Shown here: piece after piece, positions 47,038 through 56,729 of the stretch
Numbering within the stretch: position 1 is the stretch's first letter
How the letters are laid out: every line of letters starts with the position of its first letter
Origin: an uncultured Caulobacterales bacterium
GTDB taxonomy: Bacteria > Pseudomonadota > Alphaproteobacteria > Caulobacterales > Caulobacteraceae
NCBI GenBank assembly: GCA_903858685.1
Contig: CAIOJR010000217.1
Coordinates: 2,707 to 66,706, forward strand
DNA: 64,000 bases
Reading direction: 5' to 3'
The notes under the pieces: generated by a model
What the model was told of the DNA's origin: nothing
Databases searched by the model: none
Seen by the model: the letters and a program-made list of their open reading frames with translations, nothing else
Program-made: the position numbers and the translations under genes

Positions 47038-47274
47038 CCCCGATTGACGCCATCGTGCGACTCCTTTTCGGCGTCGTGGTCCGACACTGCCGAACGGACG
47101 AGGAGCCTGCCATGATAGGCGAGATTGATCGAGGACGCTGCGAAACCCACAGGCATTTCGAACTGTCCGACGCAGGTGCGCGCGGGGAGCGCCTCTTCGG
47201 AAGATGCGGCCATGTCCCGCAGATCTTGCGAGTTAATGAGCCGAGGACGTTAAGGTCGATGAAGGTTTGAGCGA

Positions 47275-48282
47275 ATGACCGAAAAGACACTCCTGATCGG
47301 TATCGTTGAAGCCAGTGTCATGCACGCCGAACCGGATGAGTTCGACCTCGACACCCGGTTTGGAATGGTCAAGGCGGCAGGCGTATTCGACTATTTCGAC
47401 AAGACACCAGCGCCCCATCTGATCTGGGACTACTACAAGGCCAGCCGGACCCACAACCTGCCCCTGACGGCGGGCGGATTCTATTATTTCCTGAATCGCG
47501 ATGAAAAGCTGCTCGACTGGAACCTGAGGATCGCCGGAGACCTGGGGTCCAGCGTCCATAATGTCCAGATCATATCTCACGACCTGAAGGGCCGCCTGGT
47601 CACAAACCAACAGGTCGCCGAGGCTTATCTTCATGCGGCCGAACAGGGCGCGGCCAATGGCGTGACCCCCTGTTTCGAAGTCCATGTAAACATGTGGTCA
47701 GAACACTTCGGCCGAGTGGCCGAAGTCGCCCGTCTGGTGGAAGCCCGGGGGGTGAAATTCTGCATGACCCTGGACCACTCCCACGTCATCTTCAAGATGG
47801 ACAACCCCCAGCAGCAGGCTGTCCAGGGCATGGATGCGGACATCGCTTCAGGCGCCATAGTGCTGGACCCTTTCAGCCCGGGCGGCATCTGCCAGAGCTG
47901 GATTGACGCGGGCTATGTCCGACACATGCACGCCCGTGCGGCGGCGCCGAACGGCCCCCCGAACCTCTGGGACAAGCACCCCAATGGCGACCCGGGGCGA
48001 GGGATTCAATATCCCTTCATAGAACCCGGCCCAGGCGAGTGGCACAGTCCCTGGGATGCGAAAAATCTTGAGCCCTGGAAAGAAGTGGTGCGTCAGTTCC
48101 TGACGCATCATGCCACCGACCCCGAAAACCCGGTCGCCACCATATCCACGGAATTCATTCCGTTTACGGACTATGGCGGCGGTGCACGCTATTCCCAGTT
48201 CGAACACTCGATCGCCTGCGCCAAATGGATCCGGGAAGAATGGAACCGGATCTACAGCGCCATCGCCAGGCCCGGCGCGTGA
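47275..48282 (+). CDS. Xylose-isomerase-like TIM-barrel protein (sugar isomerase/epimerase/lyase-like)
   Basis: 335 aa. The motif spacing CFEVHVNMWSEHF and MTLDHSHVIF is compatible with the AP-endonuclease-2/xylose-isomerase-like fold. The assignment is tentative. Confidence 0.5.
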   Translation: MTEKTLLIGIVEASVMHAEPDEFDLDTRFGMVKAAGVFDYFDKTPAPHLIWDYYKASRTHNLPLTAGGFYYFLNRDEKLLDWNLRIAGDLGSSVHNVQIISHDLKGRLVTNQQVAEAYLHAAEQGAANGVTPCFEVHVNMWSEHFGRVAEVARLVEARGVKFCMTLDHSHVIFKMDNPQQQAVQGMDADIASGAIVLDPFSPGGICQSWIDAGYVRHMHARAAAPNGPPNLWDKHPNGDPGRGIQYPFIEPGPGEWHSPWDAKNLEPWKEVVRQFLTHHATDPENPVATISTEFIPFTDYGGGARYSQFEHSIACAKWIREEWNRIYSAIARPGA

Positions 48283-48287
48283 CTTCA

Positions 48288-49418
48288 ATGCCGGTGGAGC
48301 TCAAGGGCTATTGCGCGCCGAATCTGGAACCCGTGCGGGCGGCCTTCCAGTCCAATTTCGACCTTGGCCTGGAAGACGGCGCATCGGTGGCCGTGAGTGT
48401 CGCGGGCGAGATGGTGGTTGACCTCTGGGGCGGCCGCCGCAACGCCGCCGGAGACCCCTGGGAAAGCGATACGCTGGTCAATCTATACTCCACCAGCAAG
48501 ACCATGACCGCGCTCGCACTCCTGGTTCTGGCCGATCGTGGCCAGGTGGACCTGGCAGCGCCGGTGGCGCGATACTGGCCCGAATTTGCCGCCAACGGAA
48601 AAGGCGAGGTGACGATCGGCCAGGTGCTTGGCCACACAGCCGGCCTGCCGGGCTGGGATGCGCCCATTGTCGAGGCGGACCTCTATGACTGGGAAAAGGT
48701 GACCTCTCTGCTCGCCGCCCAGGCGCCCTGGTGGGAACCGGGTACGGCATCGGGCTATCATGCCGTGACCCAAGGCTATCTGCTCGGCGAAGTCGTGCGC
48801 CGGGTCACAGGTCAAACCTTCGGCCAGTATTTCCGGGAGGCGATCGCCGAACCGATCGAGGCCGACTTCTATTTCGCCAGTCCGCCCGACGTGGACGCCC
48901 GTATTTCACGCCTGATCCCGACCGGGATCCGCCCGGGTGACCGCGCGACGTCGGGCATGGCCGAACGGGTGTTTCGCAATCCCTATGAACGGGCGGAGTG
49001 GTCATGGACCGAGGCCTTTCGGCGCGCTGACATTCCCGCCTGCAACGGGCTGGGCAATGCGCGCTCGATCGCCCGGCTGCAATCCCTGCTGGTCGGTCCG
49101 GGGCCAACAGCCGGTCAGGGCCTACTGTCGGCGAGCGCGGGCCTTGCCGCCTTGACCCAGCAATCCAGGGGCCCCGATCTGGTGGTCGGCGCCAACCTCC
49201 GATTTGGCCTTGGCTACGGCCTGGGCGAGGATCTCGAGCGTCGAATCTGCTTCTGGGGCGGATGGGGCGGGTCCATGGTCTGGCTCGACTTCGACCGACA
49301 GATGGTGGTCGCCTACGCCATGAACCGCATGGCTGAAGGCTCATTCATAGGGGATCGCACACAGGCTATCATCGGCGCCGCCACCAGAAACGTCCGGCCG
49401 ACGCCCCGAAGCGCCTAG
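48288..49418 (+). CDS. Serine hydrolase of the beta-lactamase/transpeptidase-like family (EstB-type esterase)
   Basis: From ORF 48225..49418, with the start at ATG 48288, 6 nt after the upstream stop. SxxK motif is LYSTSKTM. Confidence 0.8.
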   Translation: MPVELKGYCAPNLEPVRAAFQSNFDLGLEDGASVAVSVAGEMVVDLWGGRRNAAGDPWESDTLVNLYSTSKTMTALALLVLADRGQVDLAAPVARYWPEFAANGKGEVTIGQVLGHTAGLPGWDAPIVEADLYDWEKVTSLLAAQAPWWEPGTASGYHAVTQGYLLGEVVRRVTGQTFGQYFREAIAEPIEADFYFASPPDVDARISRLIPTGIRPGDRATSGMAERVFRNPYERAEWSWTEAFRRADIPACNGLGNARSIARLQSLLVGPGPTAGQGLLSASAGLAALTQQSRGPDLVVGANLRFGLGYGLGEDLERRICFWGGWGGSMVWLDFDRQMVVAYAMNRMAEGSFIGDRTQAIIGAATRNVRPTPRSA

Positions 49419-50854
49419 CGATTGATCGCCTCCAGCATCTCCAGATTTTTCTGGTGAGTCTTCCGATCGATGCGATAGGTGGCCATGACAGCGATCGCCA
49501 GTCCGTTGAAGATCGCCGATACCGGCAAATAGATGAGCCCGAGCTCCCGGAGCATGGGCAGCGGGATCGTCCCTTGCTGGGCATGGCTGGGCAACTGGAC
49601 CAAGGTCACGATCACCGAACCCAGGAAGGCGCCCACGCCGCCACTGAGCTTGGGGACCAGCAGGTTTGCGGCGAACAACAGCCCCTCCGCCCGCTTGCCT
49701 GTGCGCACGGCATTGTCCTCGACAATGTCACCAAGCATGGACGAGGCGATGATGAAGCCCATCAGATAGAGGACTATGCCCAGAAAGGTGTCCGCCACAA
49801 GGATTCCGGCCAGAAGCGGCGTCCCATTGGCCGGCATCAGACCGATCAGCCGCAAGCCGACGGGCAGGAGCGAGCTCACCACCGCCACGGCGAACAGCGC
49901 CATCATGGTCGGCTTCTTGTCAAAACGCCGGGACAGCATGGGGGCGAGGATGGCCCCCAGAAAGGTGGCCGGAATGCCGGTCAAGGTCATCAGACCCACC
50001 AATTGTGGAGACAGGTTCCAGAAATACAGGTTCATGTAGGGGCTCATGGCCGCCGTCACCCCGCCTCCGATGGCTGAAAAGAGGCCGGATATCACCAGAG
50101 CCAGAAGCGACCTGTTCGACAGGGTCGATCTGATCTCCCCTATGACCTGAGCCAGACTTGCTTTTTCCGGGGCGGGGGCGCTGAGCCTGGGAATGAAGCG
50201 GTGCGTTGCGAAGCTGGACAGCACGATGCTGACAAAGATGGTGATGGCGCCGATCGTGCCCCACTGGCTGTAGCCGTCCTTGTTGAGGATCCCCAGGGTG
50301 TGGGTCGCGTCGTGACGCAGAAAGACCCCGTTCAAGAGCGCGATCATGGTCCCTGCCCCCGCGACCGCAAACACGAACCGATAGGACTGGAGGGATGTCC
50401 GGTCGTCATAGCCAGGCGCCAGCTCCGGGGCCAGCGCCGAACTCGGAATCTCGTACATGGCGTTGAAGAAGCGCACGATGATGAGGACCACGACCATGTA
50501 GACGAAGAGCTGGCCCATGGGCCAGGTCGTCGGTGGGTGCCACAGGGCGTAAAACGCCAGGGCGCCGGGGACGGCCGCGGCATACATGAATGGATGTCGC
50601 CGTCCCCAACGGGTGCGCACATTATCGGACCATTGGCCCAGTAAGGGATCGACCAGCGCATCCACGATCTGGGAAATCATGATTGCGGTTCCGATCAGAA
50701 CCGCCGGCACGCCCACCACGATAAACAGATACTGGCTGATGATCGAGGTGGACAGCGCCTGACTGGCGATGCCGAAGGCCGTCGATCCCAGCCCGTACCC
50801 CAATTTGGTTCCAAACCCCAGACGAGGCCGTTCGGTAGCGCCAGGTGATCTCAT
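49415..50854 (-). CDS. Glycoside-pentoside-hexuronide (GPH):cation symporter
   Basis: 479 aa with about 12 TM segments. GPH signature: DALVDPLLGQWSDNVRTRWGRRHPFM. Confidence 0.85.
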   Translation of the reverse strand: MRSPGATERPRLGFGTKLGYGLGSTAFGIASQALSTSIISQYLFIVVGVPAVLIGTAIMISQIVDALVDPLLGQWSDNVRTRWGRRHPFMYAAAVPGALAFYALWHPPTTWPMGQLFVYMVVVLIIVRFFNAMYEIPSSALAPELAPGYDDRTSLQSYRFVFAVAGAGTMIALLNGVFLRHDATHTLGILNKDGYSQWGTIGAITIFVSIVLSSFATHRFIPRLSAPAPEKASLAQVIGEIRSTLSNRSLLALVISGLFSAIGGGVTAAMSPYMNLYFWNLSPQLVGLMTLTGIPATFLGAILAPMLSRRFDKKPTMMALFAVAVVSSLLPVGLRLIGLMPANGTPLLAGILVADTFLGIVLYLMGFIIASSMLGDIVEDNAVRTGKRAEGLLFAANLLVPKLSGGVGAFLGSVIVTLVQLPSHAQQGTIPLPMLRELGLIYLPVSAIFNGLAIAVMATYRIDRKTHQKNLEMLEAINR

Positions 50855-51081
50855 CGATTGCCTCCTGATTTCCCCAACAAGTGCGGCGTCAGAGCGGTTT
50901 CAAATCGGTCGACGGAGCCTTGCCGTTTGAGATCACGCCCATCCGGCCGATGCCAGCGGCATGAGCCCCCAAAGCCCGGACGCGGCACGCCGTTGCGGCC
51001 CCAAGGTTTGTGGCGGTGTCAGGCCGTGACGTGGGCCGCACAGGCGGTCGCCCCGGCGGGCGAGTCTCCAAATTACCATGT

Positions 51082-51759
51082 TCAGCCCGGGATGGACCGC
51101 GTCATGCTCTGCCCCTCCCCGGCGGGCGCCAGTCCGCGTTTCACAAGTGTTTCGACAGCATCAAGGACGGCGAGGGATTCGGCGACGAGATCGAGTCGCC
51201 CCTCGCTATCCACCCACCGCTGATGAACCATGATGTTTCCGCCGACGATCATGTTGGCGATAAGGGTCGGCCGGTAGTCGCGCGCGACATCCAGTGCGAA
51301 ATCTTCGGCGATATAGCCAGCGAGCATTTCGATCTGGCGCCGTTCATAGGTCATCCAGCTGGCGGTGAAATCTTCGTCGGCCCCGAACAGCCGACCCATG
51401 GCAAGGTTTTGCTCCGATCGACGCAGATGTTCGCGACCTGCGTTTTCAGTGAGCCTTCGCATGAAATCGAAGAACCGGCGCTTGCCGCGGTTCTCCGAAA
51501 TGGCCTTCGCCATGGCCTCCAGCACACGCTCGGAGATTGCATCACTGAGGTCACGCTTGGATTTGAAATGGGTGAAGAGCGTGGTGACGTGGACATCCGC
51601 CGCTTCGGCGATGGCCTGCATCGTCGTGTTGGTGAAGCCCACCTGCCGAAAGAGAGACTCAGCCGCCTCAACAATCCGCTGTCGGGTTTCCCGCTTGCGC
51701 CGGGAGCGGCGCGGAAACGACAGCACGGCCTGTTCCGCAGGATCGAGGGCCTTCGACAT
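51082..51759 (-). CDS. TetR-family transcriptional regulator
   Basis: From ORF 51082..51792. I prefer the ATG at 51759, which has GGGAG 6 nt upstream. HTH: FTNTTMQAIAEAADVHVTTLFTHFKSKRDL. Confidence 0.85.
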   Translation of the reverse strand: MSKALDPAEQAVLSFPRRSRRKRETRQRIVEAAESLFRQVGFTNTTMQAIAEAADVHVTTLFTHFKSKRDLSDAISERVLEAMAKAISENRGKRRFFDFMRRLTENAGREHLRRSEQNLAMGRLFGADEDFTASWMTYERRQIEMLAGYIAEDFALDVARDYRPTLIANMIVGGNIMVHQRWVDSEGRLDLVAESLAVLDAVETLVKRGLAPAGEGQSMTRSIPG

Positions 51760-51827
51760 AGCAGACTCCCTAGCCGCGAGGACCGTGACCAAAATTCTAA
51801 GCGCTAAGTTTCATCCATTGCAACCAG

Positions 51828-51873
51828 TAAAATCTATTGTCACGCTAAAATTCTAGTCTAATAGATTATTCTA
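51828..51873. promoter_or_regulatory. Bipartite AT-rich operator candidate, site B: AAAATTCTAG-N9-TTATTCTA, nested in the inverted repeat AATCTATT/AATAGATT
   Basis: The motif occupies 51847-51873. A third partial copy, AAAATTCTAA, is at 51791-51800. The site lies in the divergent region between TetR (start 51759) and the PhyH operon (start 51952). Confidence 0.5.
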
Positions 51874-51951
51874 CACCAAGGGGGAGCCATGTTTGGCGTC
51901 AGGATGACATCAAGCTGTCGTCCTGTCCGGCGCCGGAATTAGGGGTGTGAA

Positions 51952-52782
51952 TTGGGACTGTCAGAGGCTGAAAAGGAACAGTTTCGCAAGCTGGGCTATG
52001 TCATCCGGCCAGGCATGCTGGACTCCGGCCGCGTCGCCGCCGTGTCTGCGGAAATCGACCGGTATGTGACCGTGGAGCCTCTGTTCGATGGGAGCCATAT
52101 CTCCCATTATGACGCGCTCTCAGCACTGGTCGTCGACCCGCTGACCCTTGAGATCACCCAGGACATCATGGGCGATGACAGCTTCAGCTTCCACCACTGC
52201 CACGCCGCCAGACATGATCCCGGCCTGCGCGGCGTGCCCTGGCACCACGACTATGAGCAGATCCCCCAGACCAATCGCAGCCATGTGCAATTGCACGTCC
52301 TGCACTATCTTGACGGTCTGAACGGCACGGTCGGGGATCTGCTGCTCCTGCCCCGCAGTCACCGCTCGGTAATGCGGCGTGACGCCCTGGCCTTTTTGGG
52401 CGACCAGGAGATCCCCGGCACGGTGGTCGTCAACGATCTGCCCCCCGGCAGCGTCGTGTTTGTGCATTCCGCCGTGGTCCACGCCCGCAGGCCTCAGCCG
52501 GGCGGCGGCGATCGCAAGCGCTATTTCATCGACATCGCCTTCGTACAGCACGGGGTCCAATGGCCCTCCTACGGGCGAGAGGGCTGGCGGGACACGCTCG
52601 CCGACATGGACCGCAAACATCATCAGGCCGCTCACCCGCGCCTGTTTGACGCAAACGCCTTTTTTGACATCGCCGACGCGGTCTCCAGGGTGCAGGGCGC
52701 AGCGGGCAGCATCGCCATGCATCTGCCCGAACGCTCAGGCGCTGAGCGTCCGGTTTCGGGCCAGATCCCCATCGTGCAGTGA
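51952..52782 (+). CDS. Phytanoyl-CoA dioxygenase (PhyH) family Fe(II)/2-oxoglutarate oxygenase
   Basis: 276 aa with a TTG start preceded by AGGGG. It has the N-terminal FRKLGYVI, the HxD context PWHHDYE and a distal His in VFVHSAVVHAR. Confidence 0.75.
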   Translation: MGLSEAEKEQFRKLGYVIRPGMLDSGRVAAVSAEIDRYVTVEPLFDGSHISHYDALSALVVDPLTLEITQDIMGDDSFSFHHCHAARHDPGLRGVPWHHDYEQIPQTNRSHVQLHVLHYLDGLNGTVGDLLLLPRSHRSVMRRDALAFLGDQEIPGTVVVNDLPPGSVVFVHSAVVHARRPQPGGGDRKRYFIDIAFVQHGVQWPSYGREGWRDTLADMDRKHHQAAHPRLFDANAFFDIADAVSRVQGAAGSIAMHLPERSGAERPVSGQIPIVQ

Positions 52783-53624
52783 GCTCATCCATGTCCAAGT
52801 TTGCTGAACTCCCCGCGCCTTCAGGGATCGACACGCCTTTCCAACTGGATGATGCGACCGTCGAAGGTTTTCGCAGAAACGGTCACGCCGTGGTGCGCGG
52901 CCTGGCCAGCGCCGAAGAAATCGCCTCGTTTTCGCCGCCGATCCTGGCTCAGGAGAGGGCTCTGGCGGCAAAGGCGCCGCCGCTGGAAGAGCGAACAACC
53001 TATTTCAAGGCCTTTCTCCAGGGGCATAATCTCTGGATGCGGGACCCGGCGATCAAGCCCTTCGTGTTCTCCGCCCGCTTCGCCAGGGTTGCGGCCGAAC
53101 TGCTGGGGGCGCCAGGCGTGCGCCTCTATCATGACCAGTCCCTGACCAAGGAGCCGGGCGGCGGGCATACGCCGTGGCACCAGGACCAGACCTATTGGCC
53201 GCTCGACACAGATGACACCATCACCATGTGGATGCCGCTGGTCGATGTGCCCGCGAGCGTCGGCTCCATGACCTTTGCCGACCAGAGCCACCTCCGGCGC
53301 GACCTTGGGCCCTGGGTGATCGGTGATGAAAGCGAAACCGCCTTTTCGGAAATGGTCGAGCGTGAAGGCTTCTCCACATCGACCCACGGCCCAATGAAGG
53401 CGGGCGACGCGACCTTCCACAGGGGCTGGACCCTGCACCGGGCGCCCGCCAATCCCACAGATCTGGTGCGGTCGGTCATGACCGTGATCTGGTATGCCGA
53501 TGGCGCCAGGGTCAGCGCCGACCTCACTGGCATGCGGGCGATGGACCACCAGTTCTGGCTCAACGCCATTCCACCGGGCGAGGTGGCCGACGGGCCTCTG
53601 AATCCACAGCTCTGGCCGCGATAG
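52779..53624 (+). CDS. Phytanoyl-CoA dioxygenase (PhyH) family Fe(II)/2-oxoglutarate oxygenase, second paralogue
   Basis: 281 aa. The GTG overlaps the upstream stop as GTGA; ATG 52791 is the alternative. Motifs are FRRNGHAVV, TPWHQDQTYWP and TFHRGWTLHRA. Confidence 0.75.
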   Translation: MSSSMSKFAELPAPSGIDTPFQLDDATVEGFRRNGHAVVRGLASAEEIASFSPPILAQERALAAKAPPLEERTTYFKAFLQGHNLWMRDPAIKPFVFSARFARVAAELLGAPGVRLYHDQSLTKEPGGGHTPWHQDQTYWPLDTDDTITMWMPLVDVPASVGSMTFADQSHLRRDLGPWVIGDESETAFSEMVEREGFSTSTHGPMKAGDATFHRGWTLHRAPANPTDLVRSVMTVIWYADGARVSADLTGMRAMDHQFWLNAIPPGEVADGPLNPQLWPR

Positions 53625-53641
53625 ATATTCAGTCAGCAACC

Positions 53642-55876
53642 GTGCTCGATCCAGCCCATCCCGTCTGGCGCCACCCGATTGCGTTTGACACCGCGCCAGT
53701 GTCTTCGGATCAGGGACTGCCGATCGGCAACGGACTGATCGGCGCCAGCCTCTGGGGCAGGCACCCCTGTGTCTGCCTGTCCCTTGACCGGTCCGATCTT
53801 TGGGACATGCGCCCCATCCCCGAATACGAAAGCCCGAACTACAGGTGGGACTATGTCGCCGCGGCCCACCATGCCGCAGAGCATGACAAGCTGAAGACCT
53901 TGCTGGAGGCCCCCTATGACCGGGCGGGTCCGACCCGCCTGTCCGCAGGCCGGCTGGAATTGACCTTTGCCGCCCCCGCCGTGCAATGGCGCCTGGAGCG
54001 GGCCACGGGTCTGGCCCGAGTTGATTTTGCCGACGGCGCTGTCCTGCAAGCGCTGATCCCCGCAAATGGCGGTCTTGGCCGCCTGACAGTGAACGGACAG
54101 GCGCCCATGGCGCGGCTGATCCCTCCCCCGTTCGGCGGCCCGCCGCAAGGCTTGCCGCCCCCTAGCGGGTTCAATCTCAGTCAGCACAATGCCTGGGATC
54201 TGGGCTATCCGCCGCCCCAGACCCTGTCCGAAGACGGGCTGGAGGGCTTTCTCCAGCAAGGCTTCGGCGGATTCGCCTTTGCCGCGGTCCTGGCGCAGGA
54301 GACCAGGGGACGAATCTGGAGCGGAGCATGGGCCGTCGAGACCGGCGCCTCCGCAGACCCAGACCTCTTGCAGGAGACGGCCGAAGCCGCCCGATCCGCC
54401 CTGGCCCGTGATTTCGACAAGGACGCCTCGGCCCTGGCGGACTGGTGGGCGGACTATTGGTCAAGGGGGCGTGTCAGCCTTCCCGAAGCCTTAGTCGAAC
54501 AAACCTACTATGCCGGCATGTCGCAATTCGGCGCCGCCGCCCGCCGCGGTCGACCGCCGGTGGCCCTGCAGGGGGTATGGACCAGTGATTGCGGCCGTCT
54601 GCCTCCGTGGAAGGGCGATTATCATCATGATCTGAACACCCAGATGACCTATTGGCCCGCCTATGTCGGCGACCAGCTCGAGGGCGGATTGGGCTTTCTC
54701 GACTGGCTCTGGGCGACGCGGGAGGCGTGCAAGGCATGGACGCTGCGTTTCTTTGGCGTGGAGGGCCTGAACGCCCCCATGACGGCCGATATCGCCAACC
54801 GTCAGATCGGAGGATGGCGCCAGTACACCCATTCCGTGTCGACCAGCGCCTGGCTCGCTCATCATTTCCATCTGCACTGGCGCTACAGCCTGGACCATCA
54901 GTTCCTGGCTGAACGGGCCTATCCCTATCTCAGCGCCGTCTGCCAGTTCGTGCAAGCCATTACCGAGACCCGCGATGAACAGGGGTTTCGCACCGTGGCC
55001 CTGTCGTCCTCTCCCGAAGTCGGGGACAATCAGCCCCAGGCCTGGTTCACGACCTGGAGCAACTATGACCTGACCCTTTTCCGCTGGGTTCTGGGGGCGG
55101 CTGCAGACATGGCGCTGGCCTTGTCGTTGCCGGACCAGGCCGATCATTGGCGCCAGATCCTGGCAGAGCTTCCTTCGGTCAGCCTGTCGGATAACCATGC
55201 CCTTCTGATCGCCCCTGGGCTTGCCTATCCCGGACACCACCGCCACTTCTCTCACGCCGTCGGGGTGCACCCTCTTGGCCTGTTCGACGGTCTTGACGGC
55301 TCGCAAGCAGACCGCCGGATCGCCATGGGCACATTCGAAGAGATCAAGGCGGCGTCGGGGGATTTCTGGATGGGTTACAGCCATGCCTGGGCGGCGGCTA
55401 TAGCCGCCAGGGCGGGTGATGGAGAGACTGCCCGCCAAAGCCTGCTCGATTATGGCGCCGCCTTCGTCTTTCCCAACGGCTTCCACGCCAATGGCGACTG
55501 GCAGGGCCTGGGCTATGGCAAGGCCCCTTTCGGGGCCTTCACGATCGAAGGCGCCATGGGGGCTTGCGACGCCATTCAGACCATGTTGCTGCAAAGCGCA
55601 CCGGGCCGCCTTCGCCTGTTTCCCGCCCTTCCCGAAGCCTGGACCGATCTGTCCTTTGACGCCTTGCGCGCCGATGGTGCGGTTCTGGTGTCGGCCGTCA
55701 TCGACGCGGGCCGATTGACGCGGGTCGCCCTGAGGCCTCACGCTTCGGGCAAGGTCCAAGTCGCCTTTGGAGACCGGGCGCCCGCCCTCGAACTTCAATT
55801 GGCGGCCGGGACATTTGTCGAACTCACGGCCGATGAACTGTCGCGTCTCGAAACCGCCCCGCACCAGACGCATTGA
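53642..55876 (+). CDS. GH95-like six-hairpin glycosidase (alpha-L-fucosidase-like)
   Basis: 744 aa. The N-terminal LPIGNGLIGASLWG and the central LQGVWTSDCGRLPPWKGDYHHDLNTQMTYWPAY resemble GH95 signatures as I recall them. Confidence 0.65.
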   Translation: MLDPAHPVWRHPIAFDTAPVSSDQGLPIGNGLIGASLWGRHPCVCLSLDRSDLWDMRPIPEYESPNYRWDYVAAAHHAAEHDKLKTLLEAPYDRAGPTRLSAGRLELTFAAPAVQWRLERATGLARVDFADGAVLQALIPANGGLGRLTVNGQAPMARLIPPPFGGPPQGLPPPSGFNLSQHNAWDLGYPPPQTLSEDGLEGFLQQGFGGFAFAAVLAQETRGRIWSGAWAVETGASADPDLLQETAEAARSALARDFDKDASALADWWADYWSRGRVSLPEALVEQTYYAGMSQFGAAARRGRPPVALQGVWTSDCGRLPPWKGDYHHDLNTQMTYWPAYVGDQLEGGLGFLDWLWATREACKAWTLRFFGVEGLNAPMTADIANRQIGGWRQYTHSVSTSAWLAHHFHLHWRYSLDHQFLAERAYPYLSAVCQFVQAITETRDEQGFRTVALSSSPEVGDNQPQAWFTTWSNYDLTLFRWVLGAAADMALALSLPDQADHWRQILAELPSVSLSDNHALLIAPGLAYPGHHRHFSHAVGVHPLGLFDGLDGSQADRRIAMGTFEEIKAASGDFWMGYSHAWAAAIAARAGDGETARQSLLDYGAAFVFPNGFHANGDWQGLGYGKAPFGAFTIEGAMGACDAIQTMLLQSAPGRLRLFPALPEAWTDLSFDALRADGAVLVSAVIDAGRLTRVALRPHASGKVQVAFGDRAPALELQLAAGTFVELTADELSRLETAPHQTH

Positions 55877-55929
55877 CATCGACCCGATGTCACCCCCGCA
55901 GCTGGCCTGCGTGACCAAAGGAGCGTGGC

Positions 55930-56697
55930 ATGGCCCCGCAAAGGTTCGATCTTACCGGCCGCATCGCCCTGGTGACCGGGTCCTCGCGCGGAATCGGTCT
56001 GGCCCTGGCCCGCGGACTTGGCGAAGCGGGGGCCCGGATATTGCTGAACGCGCGAGACGCGGCGAGAACGGAGGCGGCGGCGCAGGCGTTGCGGGACGAC
56101 GGTCTTGACGCTCTCGCCTGCCCCTTTGACGTCACAGACCCGCAAGAGGTCGCCGACGGACTGGCGAATTGTGAGCAGCTCATGGGTCCTCTGGACATTC
56201 TGATCAACAATGCCGGCATACAGCGCCGCGGCCCGCTGCTCGACATGCCCGAAGAGACGTGGGCCGAAGTGCTCGACACAAACCTGACGGCCGTCTTTCG
56301 CGTGGGACGGGAGGCGGCTCGCCGGATGGCGTCCCGGAAAAGGGGCAAGATCATCAATATCGCGTCCCTCATGAGCGAGGTCGCTCGTCCAGGGGTGGCT
56401 CCCTATGCGGCGGCCAAGGGAGGCGTGAGGCTGCTGACCCGGGCGATGTGCGTCGAGTGGGCCCCGCTGGGCATCAATGTCAACGCCATAGGACCGGGCT
56501 ATTTCGCGACCGAGCTCAATGCGGACCTCGTCGCCGATGCGACATTCGACGCCTGGATCCGCGCGCGCACCCCTGCCGGGCGTTGGGGCAAGGTCGATGA
56601 ACTGGTCGGCGCCGCAGTATTCCTCGCCTCGGACGCCGCCAGCTTCGTCCATGGTCAGGTCCTCTATGTGGACGGCGGCGTATTGGCTGGCCTTTAG
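55930..56697 (+). CDS. Short-chain dehydrogenase/reductase (KduD/gluconate-5-dehydrogenase-like)
   Basis: 255 aa with motifs TGSSRGIGLA, NNAG and YAAAKGG. Confidence 0.85.
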   Translation: MAPQRFDLTGRIALVTGSSRGIGLALARGLGEAGARILLNARDAARTEAAAQALRDDGLDALACPFDVTDPQEVADGLANCEQLMGPLDILINNAGIQRRGPLLDMPEETWAEVLDTNLTAVFRVGREAARRMASRKRGKIINIASLMSEVARPGVAPYAAAKGGVRLLTRAMCVEWAPLGINVNAIGPGYFATELNADLVADATFDAWIRARTPAGRWGKVDELVGAAVFLASDAASFVHGQVLYVDGGVLAGL

Positions 56698-56729
56698 GCC
56701 CCGGCCCCCGTCCAGCCGTCAGTCGGACG

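Noticed and set aside
51952-53624. The idea that the two PhyH dioxygenases are the missing PhnY-type partner of the PhnZ-like HD oxygenase
   Set aside because: PhnY-type enzymes are Fe/2OG oxygenases of this general kind. These genes, however, lie about 22 kb away, in a different transcription unit. They are embedded in a glycoside locus with its own regulator and shared operator motif. I see no sequence-level reason to link them.
52821-55918. Long minus-strand ORFs 52821..54065 (414 aa), 54491..55918 (475 aa) and 55795..56652 (285 aa)
   Set aside because: They are antisense to the second PhyH gene, the GH95-like gene and the SDR gene. All show the Arg/Gly/Pro-rich composition of GC-rich shadow frames. 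The same applies to 45957..46997, 41831..42673, 56952..57893 and 59040..59867.
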